A program made the translations under genes and the position numbers. Under the pieces are notes generated by a model that searched no databases, was not told where the DNA came from, and was given only the letters and a program-made list of their open reading frames with translations. From Oikopleura dioica (taxonomy: Eukaryota; Animalia; Chordata): a DNA stretch of 64,000 bases. Every line of letters starts with the position of its first letter. Position 1 is the stretch's first letter. The stretch spans positions 16,751,208 through 16,815,207 of the forward strand of contig OU015568.1 in the NCBI GenBank assembly GCA_907165135.1, written 5' to 3'. This document shows, in pieces, positions 1 to 10,863 of the stretch.

Positions 1-3000
1 CAAATATAGGCACTAGATCTCTAAAATCGCCTGGGGCATCCGCCTCCACGCTCGAGAGGTCTCGTGACTACGTCTCAGAGAAAGCTGAGGGTCTGAGCTT
101 TCAGTAGATGTCAAGTTATTCTGCTTGCCTCTCTCCTGAAGTCATCTACAAACGATAAACTGCCAAAAAAGCATGGTATTTTTCTATCTTTTGCTGGAGA
201 AAAGCCCAGATTTCCCTTAAGGGTACTACCGTCGATTACCCGAATGACTGGTTATGTTAAATTTTTCATCGGAAATGAATTCCTCATAAAATTTTGACCA
301 AAAAAGGTCCGAACGTTTCATTCATAACGTCAAGCATTTTCATAATAATTAGAGTTTTAATTGATTTCTGTACTATAAAGAATTTTTTCCGAAAAAATTT
401 TTGGTGTCCGATACTTTCAAATAAGGGCTCGTTTTGAAGCTCAAAACAAGATGAGGATTATGGTGAGATCATTAATTCTTGAACTTAGATATTTTAGCTT
501 CTAGAGTAGGGTCCGGCATGGATCAGGGTCAGATTTTTTTATTTGCCCATTTCACTTTTATCGAATTCTTCAGGTCAAAAAACATATTTTATTCCATTAC
601 AGTGAAGCTTGAAACCCAACTAGAAAAAAATTACAGGCAATTTTGAGGATTTTCGAGTGTTTTTTTGGGTTACCATTGTTTTTATTAAGAAAAATTTTAC
701 TGTAGTCATATTTTTTGATCGCTTGATTATTCAACCTAAAGAACAAACTCTGAGCTTCATTTATAGGGATCATTGATTGAATTTCATCAGTTTTTTCTTG
801 TAAAGTTTCCATTTCAAAGTTAAACAAACGCCAAAATTTCACCTTTCTATAAGTTTCAATCAAGAATTTAATACAGTAAACTTCAACTTGAAGCGAAAAA
901 CTTTCTTGATTATAATAGCGCAGACTCTAATCTACAAATAGGAATGTAAATCACTCTTTGTCGAGTTGGGAATCGTAAGATATTTAAGGTTTTCGAGGTT
1001 GAAATACGATATTTCAGCCATGGGAAAGTCCTCCGGAGGACTTTTGCTTGAAGATATTTGCTAAGAAAGCGTTTACTTTTTAATTCAGTGACCTCAAATT
1101 ACTTCAGTTTTCGCGAATTAAAGAATATGAAGAGCAGGATGCATGGTCGTTTGACCATATAATAATGATATAAATTATTTGATATAAATTATTATTAATT
1201 ATAACAGAGCATAATAATGAAAAATATTTCGGTAATCTGAAAAAGAATCCGGTTATAGAAAAACTATAACGATTTTCGAAATTGGAACAATAAAGATTTT
1301 ATAAAATATGGGTGTGGGCGGGGATGGGGACAAAACTGAAATTGATCAACTCAGTCTTGTACTTTTTAGTTCCCTGCCTATGTCAAGCCCAAATTTAATT
1401 AAAAGCCAGGGAAGGGGGGGGGAAACGGCCCTTCGGGCCGTCAAGCCCAAATTTAATTAAAAGCCAGGGAAGGGGGGGAAACGGCCCTTCGGGCCGTCAA
1501 GCCCAAATTTAATTAAAAGCCAGGAAGGGGAAACGGCCCTTCGGGCCGTCAAGCCCAAATTTAATTAAAAGCCAGGGAAGGGGAAACGGCCCTTCGGGCC
1601 GTCAAGCCCAAATTTAATTAAAAGCCAGGGAAGGGGGGGAAACGGCCCTTCGGGCCGTCAAGCCCAAATTTAATTAAAAGCCAGGGAAGGGGGGGAAACG
1701 GCCCTTCGGGTCGTCAAGCCCAAATTTAATTAAAAGCCAGGGAAGGGGGGGAAACGGCCCTTCGGGCCGTCAAGCCCAAATTTAATTAAAAGCCAGGGAA
1801 GGGGGGGAAACGGCCCTTCGGGCCGTCAAGCCCAAATTTAATTAAAAGCCAGGGAAGGGGGGGAAACGGCCCTTCGGGCCGTCAAGCCCAAATTTAATTA
1901 AAAGCCAGGGAAGGGGGGGAAACGGCCCTTCGGGCCGTCAAGCCCAAATTTAATTAAAAGCCAGGGAAGGGGAAACGGCCCTTCGGGCCGTCAAGCCCAA
2001 ATTTAATTAAAAGCCAGGGAAGGGGAAACGGCCCTTCGGGCCGTCAAGCCCAAATTTAATTAAAAGCCAGGGAAGGGAAACGGCCCTTCGGGCCGTCAAG
2101 CCCAAATTTAATTAAAAGCCAGGGAAGGGAAACGGCCCTTCGGGCCGTCAAGCCCAAATTTAATTAAAAGCCAGGGAAAGGGGAAACGGCCCTTCGGGCC
2201 GTCAAGCCCAAATTTAATTAAAAGCCAGGGAAGGGGGGGAAACGGCCCTTTTGGCCGTCAAGCCCAAATTTAATTAAAAGCCAGGGAAGGGGGGGAAACG
2301 GCCCTTCGGGCCGTCAAGCCCAAATTTAATTAAAAGCCAGGGAAGGGGGGGAAACGGCCCTTCGGGCCGTCAAGCCCAAATTTAATTAAAAGCCAGGGAA
2401 GGGGGGGAAACGGCCCTTCGGGCCGTCAAGCCCAAATTTAATTAAAAGCCAGGGAAGGGGGGGAAACGGCCCTTCGGGCCGTCAAGCCCAAATTTAATTA
2501 AAAGCCAGGGAAGGGGGGGAAACGGCCCTTCGGGCCGTCAAGCCCAAATTTAATTAAAAGCCAGGGAAGGGGGGAATTTTCGTCTAATATCAATGAAAAT
2601 TGCCCTCCGGCGCTTTTGAGACAATATTTTATGAAATCTGCGTGCCTGAAAACCCCCTTGGGCACTCATTTTTAACAAAAAGAGAAAACAAAAAATTCCA
2701 TTTTTTGGAACTTCAAATGGCTCTAGAATCCTATTCCCAACTCGTATGGTGATGAGTCATACATTTTTATAATCGCCAGAGCATAAGGATCACGTGGGTA
2801 TATAAAAGACCGCTTCAAGTTGACCACCCCAAACCACTTGCCGGACCCTATTCTAGAGACAAAAATGCGTCGCCAAATTTTGAAAAATGCTCAATTTTAG
2901 CAAAATCATAGAGACACTATTTTCAAAAAATTAATTTTGGTATTTTTCCTTTTTCAATCAAGAAAACCTTCTGTCATTTTTAAGATGAAGGTTCAATTTA

Positions 3001-3430
3001 CATATAAAAAATAAAATCAGGCTGAGTTTTCAAGCTATTTTTCGAGCTATTTCGCCGTTTATTCAGTCTATTTTTGCAACAATGATATTTTTAAGCTAGA
3101 AATTAGCCGACTTTTCATTGAGCTATTCAAAAACGCCTCTGACAGATTAAAGATCTAAGATAGTTTAACTTTTAGAGGCCATATGATACCCGCTATCCAT
3201 GCCATGTAAATGGTTATTCAAGGCTAAAGTTGGGGAAATCGAAGGTAGTACCCTTAATTTTGGGTGCAAAAACGACTTCTTTTCGCTTCTAACTTACTCG
3301 TTTGCACAGGCAAGCATGATTGTTTGGTATCTACTGAAAGCTCAGAACAAGCTCTTTCACTTAGAAATGGTCACGAGACCTCTCGAGCGTGGAGGCGGTC
3401 GCCCAAGGCGATTAAAGCGTTCTAGTGCCT
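1..3430. mobile_element. Non-autonomous DNA transposon with long terminal inverted repeats (left end lies outside the window)
   Basis: Bases 1-110 (caaatataggcactaga...ctccacgctcgagaggtctcgtgac...tctgagctttcagtagat) are the imperfect reverse complement of about 3328-3428, and aagggtactacc near 220 mirrors ggtagtaccctt near 3244. No transposase ORF is visible inside. Confidence 0.75.
1382..2574 (+). repeat. Minisatellite, about 21-22 copies of a ~52-58 bp unit
   Basis: Unit is gtcaagcccaaatttaattaaaagccagggaa-G(n)-aaacggcccttcgggcc. Copies differ almost only in G-run length. Confidence 0.97.
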
Positions 3431-3589
3431 ATTTTGGGACTTCCGGGCCCCTGAATCGCCGTGCGGGCACGGCCCAGACCCCTTGATATGGTGCCCAAAT
3501 TAACGCTCAGGTTCTGGGCTTTCAAAAACTGTGTCATATGAGCACTTTATCAAGCTAGAAAAAAAGATTATTTTTTTCATTAATAAGCC

Positions 3590-5667
3590 TAAAAATGGGC
3601 GATACTCCGGAATCCTCGAGTCGAAATTTGACGGCGGCCGAGGCGTCACCAGAGGAAGGGACAACCAGAGCGGCCAAATCGTCGCCTTGAAATGGATCAA
3701 AATGATCAGTTCAAGCCAGATCGAGGAAACTGAAGAAGAAGCTAGAAATCTGGAAATGCTGAGCGGCGGAAACCAGTTCATCGTCCAATTCGTCGATTTT
3801 CTGCCGATGGAAAGACCGGACTGGTTCAAGCTCACTTCGATTTCGTTTTTAGTCATGGAGTTTTGCGAACTTGGAAGCTTGAACGACTGGATCGGGCGAA
3901 GAAAACAGCAAGGGCGCTGGACAAGCGCGGAAGAAGTGTCGTTGATTGGCGCCCAGATCATTTCCGCGCTGGCTTTTTGCCACTCCAGGGACATCGCGCA
4001 TTTGGATGTTAAACCGCAAAATGTGTTCATCAAGGGAGATGGCATTACTGTAAGTACTTGGTTGACTGAACTTCACTGACTGAAAAATAGATCCGGGTCG
4101 GCGATTTCGGAAGTGTCATGCAACTGAGATCGATTGAGGCGACGATTCAAGGAACAAGCACCGATGCAATCAAGAATACGCTGATTTACACTCCTCCAGG
4201 AACGAATTTGATATTCTATCAAGGAGATATTGAGAGTTTCTCATGTTGAATTCGATAAAAGAGTCGTTTACCGAACCACTAAGAAGATCTGCTCGCCTGG
4301 ATGTTTGGGGCTTCGGCCACATCATTCAAGAACTTTTGACTTTTGAGCACGCTTTTTGCCGAGTTGATGGAAGGCCAACAAGAAATCAACGTCAAATAGG
4401 TAAGAATTGAGATATTGATAGTTCGTTAGCCGTCTTAGTGAACAACATCTGCGAGAACAAGCGAACAAAATTGTCTCAAATCCGCAGCGAAAGCGAAGAA
4501 TTCATCGACTTCGAAATTCTTCTCCAAAAATGCCTGAATCCTCAAAAACTACTTCGCCTCGAAAACGCGCTTCAACTCCGTGGCGAAGCGATCTTTTGCG
4601 AGTTTTTGGAGCGAATCGAAAGCGGCGAAGCTCCAAATGAAATCATTGCTCCTCCAGAAGAAATCATCAGGAGACTGAGGGAAACCAATCAGCAGCAGGA
4701 GAGTTTGATTGAGGGGCAGAAGAGGAGGATAAGCGAGCTTGAGGGACAAAATAGGGTAAAAACTAAATTCAAGACTATTTTTATGACTATTTCTTCAGAA
4801 ATTCCTCGCCGAGATCACGAAACAGAAGCAAAAAGTGGCAGAGCAAGAAGAAGACCTGAAAAACATTTTGGCTGAAAACGAGCGAAAAAATCAAATTGAA
4901 GAAAATTTAAAAATTGAAAACGGAAATCAGAAGAAAGAAATCGCGGATTTGAAGAGAGAACTAGATGAATTCAAAGATCAACGACAGTCGGCTGCGAATG
5001 AAAGACAACAAGGAGGAGAATGTGATTTGAGAAGAGTTGCGTCCCCAATTGTTCAGCCAGTTCGAAGAATAGAAACAAGAGTCGATGAGGAGAGGAGAAA
5101 TGTGTTAAAGAATATAAGAAGAGTATTGTGAGCGGTTAGCGGCGCCGGGCACTACTTTCAGGATGATAAAATGAAATGGAAAGGTGGAGTAAGAAATGAG
5201 ATGGAAGAAAAAGAAGTGCGAAACATCGTGAAGCTGCTGTCCTTCGGCGAACCTAAAATCAACTTGAAGGAACGGGAGTTTTTAATTTTTAGCGATAAGA
5301 AAATTTCGAAAAACTCTCCGCGAAGTTTGCGAGTTGGCAGAAGTTGGAGGTCGCGGAGAATGGATGGAATCTCAAATTCCAAGGTGGTGGTGGTTATGGA
5401 AGAGATGATGGGCATCTTCTCTGGATCGGAAACAAAGGTAAAAATTAAAATTTCAATTATAAAAATTTAATTTTAGACGGCGGAGTTCGATTCAAGGCCG
5501 TCGTGCAGGAGATTGATTATGAAAATGGAAAAGAGCTTAGCAGAGGAGAGATTAGAAGCGAGCCGGATGGGCAGAAGCAGAAAATCAAATACAATACAAT
5601 ACAAGGTTATTTTGGCGATTGTTTTGTAAGATACAACATAACTTTTTCTGTAAAATCAACAATGTAA
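3590..5667 (+). pseudogene. Kinase / coiled-coil / C-terminal-domain family, copy 1 (premature stop and frameshift)
   Basis: Motifs VALK, HLDVKPQN, GDFG, TPPE and DVWGFG are spread over exons. TGA at 5129-5131 stands where copy 4 has GGA, and there is a 1-nt deletion near 5290 relative to copy 4. The 5' end is uncertain. Confidence 0.75.
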
Positions 5668-5986
5668 ATAAATGATCATTAAACTCAATAAAACTCGGTT
5701 AGAATAAAAAATCGCAAAAGTCAGGAAATGATAACGGTTTTTTTTTCAGAAAATTGCTTGTTTTTTTCAATCGTCGGCCTTTCTTGTGTTTTCTATTGAA
5801 ACAATGTCTTGCCAAAACAAGAAAAAAAAGAAAGAATAAAACTTTAGTTTACAATATATTTGTCTGTTTGTTTTGTTTTGAGTAGCAGACGTTATCATCT
5901 CAATAAAAAAAATTTCATTTGAAAGAATATTTTCTTTTTTTTTGTTGCTCTTGGAGGTGATTCGCCGCACAGCTGGTGGAAATGGT

Positions 5987-6650
5987 TAGAGTGAAACAGG
6001 AGCGGGAGGCGAGGGAGGAACCAGGCGCTCGTCTTTTAAGAATTTGTAGGAAAAGATCACCTGTTTGAGGCTTTCATTTTGTAAAATATTTGTTTTGAGA
6101 ATAATTTCTAAAATTGAAGAGCCGTTCCAGAAGAATGACGAAAAGCGCCATGAAAAGAGGAGCCGCCATCATTAAGAAATTCCAATAATTCAAAGTGGAC
6201 CGAGAACAATCGCAACCTAGAAATTGAACATCTTTTAGTTGAGGCACGAATCAAAATCATTAAGTCTGGTTAGCCCCTTAGTTGAGGGATAGTACCTTTT
6301 GAAAGCTCATTCGAACAGCTTGAAGAGTCGCTTGTTTGTCTCGAGGAACTGTTTTCAACATTAATGAAACTGGAGGGACCAGCATCAACGGCTAATATTT
6401 CTATGAGCAAGGGATGAATTCTGAAACCACTCACAAGTGTAGCCAAGCAAAGGGCAAGAACACCCATAAAAACAGGAAAGATCCAGGGCGCCCCAAAGTA
6501 GCCAAGAGGAAAAGTGAAGAAGCCGATTAGTTGAGCAGAACGGACCCGACGGCCTCGACGAGCAGCGCTGTTAGGTCCATTAGCTTGACTTTGGAGTGGC
6601 CTCGCAAAAGCATTAGCTCGATGTAGCCGATCAAGCTGCAGACTGAAAAC
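5987..6650 (-). pseudogene. Inverted duplicate of the 3' exons of the MFS transporter gene
   Basis: The reverse complement matches about 28260-28892 (MGVLALCLATL, splice sites, terminal exon). It has indels and no 5' half. Confidence 0.85.
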
Positions 6651-6802
6651 ATACCTTCCGCAAAAGCCTATTTTTCTTCTTGAGGCATATTCCGATTCGC
6701 TAAAAAAATTAAAAAATTGTTCAATCTAAATGCTTCTAAATTATGCTGACTGAATAAAAAATATTGAAAAAAAACATCCGTTCAGAAAATCAAAAAACAA
6801 AC

Positions 6803-9800
6803 TTAATATTTATCCATTCCTGAATGTTTTCCACAAACAGGACAGCAATCCTGAATATTTTTGCAATCTCTGCCTTCTTGGCAACCCTTGTCCTCGATTC
6901 TAAGACACTCGAAAGAGCAGTCTCCATATGCTTGGCACTTTTCCTTGAGGCACTTCCATCCAGGCCCGATTGTAGAACAATCGAATTCGCAGTCATCTGG
7001 TTTGGCGCAAAGACCGCCCTTTCCAACTGGACATCTGTACTGTCCCTTGTAAGTTCCAATTTCAGTGCAGTCGATTTCGGGACACCAAGTTACAGAGCCG
7101 AGTCCAGAACAGTCAGCTAGATCGAGGCATTGGGGCTTTAAGCAGTCCATGTCGCAGGGACATTCGAAAGTGTTCTCGCAAGTGTATTCTCCATCAATAT
7201 CAGTCGGCACGCACTGCAAACTCGGATGCTCGCAAAGATGCAGGCCGGACGAGCATGGGTCAATGCTTTCGCAAGAAATCCCGTCAGAAGAAAGGAACTC
7301 AGTCACACCCTCGCCAGGGCACTCGCAAAAAGAGGAGTCAAAGACGTTTCTACAAACAGCTGGGGGAACACACGGATCATCGACATCGCAAGGTGGAGTA
7401 GGATCGACGCACTTGTCCACGCCCAGCTCGGTGACCAGCGTACTCCCATCATCTGGGCAGCTGCACTCGTATTGGCCGACATCAATATTGTCGCAAAACG
7501 AGTCGGAACAAGTCGTGGTGATTTCTTCTGTTTTGAAGCAAAAAGTCGCGTCCATTCCAGCCGGAACTGAAGCAAAAGCGACCCACTGCCCCGTGCTCGA
7601 GTCCATGATGAATTGCTTACCATTGGTCTTCATTTGAGTAAACGCCTGCTGGTAGCTCAATCCCTCAAAATTCACGTAGCCATTCGGATCATTTGCGTCG
7701 TCGGTGATTGGAAGCGCGCTTTCCGAAGGAACAAGTGCTCCAGAACTCGTCGAAAAAAGCGTGTAGATCAGACCTATCATGAGGCGCAATCCGGGGAGCG
7801 ATGATTGCTGCTCATTGAGTCTGTCCAGCCAGAATGCATTCGCCGCGGCGTTGTAAGGGTAAACCAAGCTCATCCCAAACTGGGAGCAGGCGTTTTGCAC
7901 CTCGGCGAAGTTCGAGAAATCGCCACTGCTCTTTTTGACGACGACGAAATTGTACTTTCTGTCTGGATGAGAGTCTGCGACTGGATTAAAGAACCCCGGC
8001 AGAATTGCCTCGTTCCAATGCTCTCCTGTGTAAGAGTTTTCGTCGAAGCTGTCTTCTCCTGAATATCGGTAGCAGATTGGATGCGTGCTTCCTGCCGGGT
8101 TGACGATTGTTCCGGAAGTGATCGACGGGTTCAGTTTGCCAGTAATTTCGCATTCCAGCCAATTCACCGATAACTTTGACAGCTTCAAATGCTTCGAGTG
8201 AAACTCCAGCGTCATTAGCGAAGTGACAATTTTGCCGGAACTTGATTTGAAAATGAAGGATCCAGTCTTGGAAGGATTTTGAAACGCCTGAATTCTTTCG
8301 TCGCCGATGAGGAGATACATCTGATTGTATTGGAAGACTGGCGTTTTGTCTGCGAAGTCAGCCCATTTTTCGTCAGAGAGATTTGCCCGTGGGAGGCTCA
8401 GAGTATCGCTATAAATGGTCAGCTCGATGAAGTCAAAGAGAATCTTCCGAGGCCTATTTTCGTCGCCGGCTTCTGTCGAGCGAATCTCGATGAGTTGCGG
8501 AGATTCGTTCATTCCACAGGCTTGGTCGAATTGATAATAAGTGAAAGGGTCGTTGTCGAATAGATTCGGTAGATCGGAAACGTCCCGATCGCCGTAAGAT
8601 TTTATCTTGAAATCGTGGAATGCGTTGTTTGACTTTGAGGACTCGAAGATGACAAAATCTGATTCCAACTCGCTTGCTTGAATTATCTTTTCGGGATTTT
8701 ATCATTTTTCGTCAAAATTCAAATCAAAATATTAACCGGCCAGAAAAGACTGATTTTAAGAGCGCCATTATTTTCGAAAATTTGATTGGCCGATCAACAA
8801 AAAGCGGACTTCTGATTGGTCTCAAATCTGTTAATAATTTCGTCAAGAAGAAAATGCTCATTAAACAAGATGAGATCCCTTCACGAAGCTTTAATGATAT
8901 TTTGTCCATTGAATTCGTATGCTTTCATTTTTTCTTTGGTTATTATCGCCGTTGTGTTGCATGGATTCTCGACTGGCGCCTCTGGGTAAATTACTTCGAT
9001 TTTTACGCAGTTCCTTTCGCTTGGTCGCTCGAAAACGTCGTAGCAAAGTCCACAGACCGTGTGCAAGCCGATTTGTTCGACGGTCGGCGTCCAAATGCAC
9101 GTGGCAGTGCCGTCTTCTCGCAGTTTCGTGCAGCTCATCCCGTCGGGAAGGGAGAATTGAGCGCGATGGACTGTTGTGTAGTACTCCCCTTCGAAGAGAA
9201 AACGAGCCGCCCAGACTTGATAGTACGAGACTGTTGCCTGGTAAATCAACAAAGACTCGTTCGGAGGCGTCGGTGGAATCCAGACGGGCAGGCCGTCGCA
9301 GTGGTCAGTATTTCGCGGCTGGAGTCGGATGTTCGGCTTCCAGTCGTTCCAGGCTTTTATTTCTTCCTCGTGATGATGCTCCCCTGTGTCTCTTTTTCTC
9401 CTGTTTGTTACAGTGAAAGGCGCGTCCAAGAGTCTTCTGTCCATGTCCGGCGTGAACACTCGAGCAAGAAAAACCGACGGGACGGAGGATTTGATGCCGC
9501 CGTTTTCGTCGAAATCTTCAACTTGAACAGCGATCGGTTTGTTGCCTCCGCCATTGTCTTCCTCGGGATGATATGTGACCGCGCAGGCAGCAGTATCGAG
9601 AGTAAGTTGTGTCATTGGCCAGTGAGTTGTTCCTCCGACATCCATTCCTTCTTTGTCGTTGGCTAGAAACGACGCTTCTTCCTTGGTCGACCACCTGCAG
9701 ATGATTTCGTCCCCGTCCGGATCCTGTGGCGTGATATAGTAAGTCTGCCCGTCGCATCCGTCCATGATCCACCAAATCGCGGGGTTCTCGAATTGCGGCG

Positions 9801-10329
9801 AGTTGTTGTCGTACTCGTAGACATGTGCCGTGTACTGGTAGTAACCCTGCCCGTTGTTGCCGTTGTCGTGCGTGATTGTCACCGTCGCAGCTTCCCAAAC
9901 ATAGCCGTTCGTCATCGTAAAGGACTTTCCAACGACTTGGGACGGCAGCTCTTCGTCGAAGGTCTTTCCAAAGCAAAAATGCTCGTCATTCGTCAGAGAG
10001 CTACTCTTTTCGATTTGCAGCAACTCGTAGTAGACGGTCTTGGGGTTCGCCAGCCAGCTTGTTTGAACGTCAGTCTCTCCGAGCGGCATGTAGTAGTTTT
10101 TGTGCCCGTCGCGTCCGTTCGCGATTTTCTTCGGGTTCAATTTGCCCATGTCGTCATCGTCACACCCATTGCTACCCCAGCCAGCCAAGTATCGCCGCCA
10201 GCCAACTGTTCTGGTGACTCTGAGGACCCCGTTTTCATCCTTTTTAAACTGCAAGCTTCCTGCTCTGAAATGAGTCGCCTTTGCTACTAGAAACAGCGAT
10301 GAAATTGAAAAAAGTTTTTTAAAAATCAT
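6803..10329 (-). CDS. Large secreted modular protein, probably one gene with two long exons (10329-8885 and about 8672-6803): signal peptide, HFRxG-family domain, furin-like site, lectin-like module, EGF-like and Cys-rich repeats
   Basis: Signal-like N-terminus MIFKKLFSISSLFLVAKA|THFRAG, then NNSP..GC..DPDGD..CRW..AVQVEDF..SSVP motifs and an RRKR site. The second ORF begins at TTG (no ATG) and has no signal peptide. It carries a C-type-lectin-like segment and EGF-like Cys spacing. A GT donor at 8884 and an AG acceptor near 8673 would join the two in frame. Confidence 0.7.
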
Positions 10330-10863
10330 CTTTTAATAACACATGCTCTCTTTTTCGAATGAAATATAAAAATGAATTTTCTCCCGAGTTGTTGTTATCA
10401 GCGAGAGTTATCTCCGACACATCAAAGATTCGTTTCAGAATGTGGACTCCGAAGATCACCGATATTTTATCTCCGATGAACGAGCTGGTTAATAATTGGA
10501 AATAATGAATCTTGACACTCCGATGAACTTTGTAAAACACCTCGTCCCTGCGAATGAAAAACGACGCAAGATACTTTTCTCGAAATCGTCAGTCGAGAAT
10601 TTTTGGGAAAAGCTTGAACTTCCATGTTTGTGGCTCTTTATTGAACTTTGCAAATCAAAATTGTCTCTAAAAAGTCGTCTGAAGCTGAAGGGTAAAGGAG
10701 ATAACTTGTGAACAACAAAATCCGCGTAGACTAATCAAGACAGAATATTTAATTAAAAATACCAAATTGCCTAAACAATCTCTTCTGGAAGAACTGCTGC
10801 GAGCCAGACAAAGGTGGGAATTGACGGAAACGGTTGAGTATGGACGGCGAGTGCAATTTATAG

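Noticed and set aside
1382-2574. CRISPR-like array
   Set aside because: The units abut with no unique spacers, the context is eukaryotic, and there are no cas genes.
8674-9976. Long plus-strand ORFs (330, 165 and 152 aa)
   Set aside because: Antisense shadows of the secreted minus-strand gene, with no motifs of their own.
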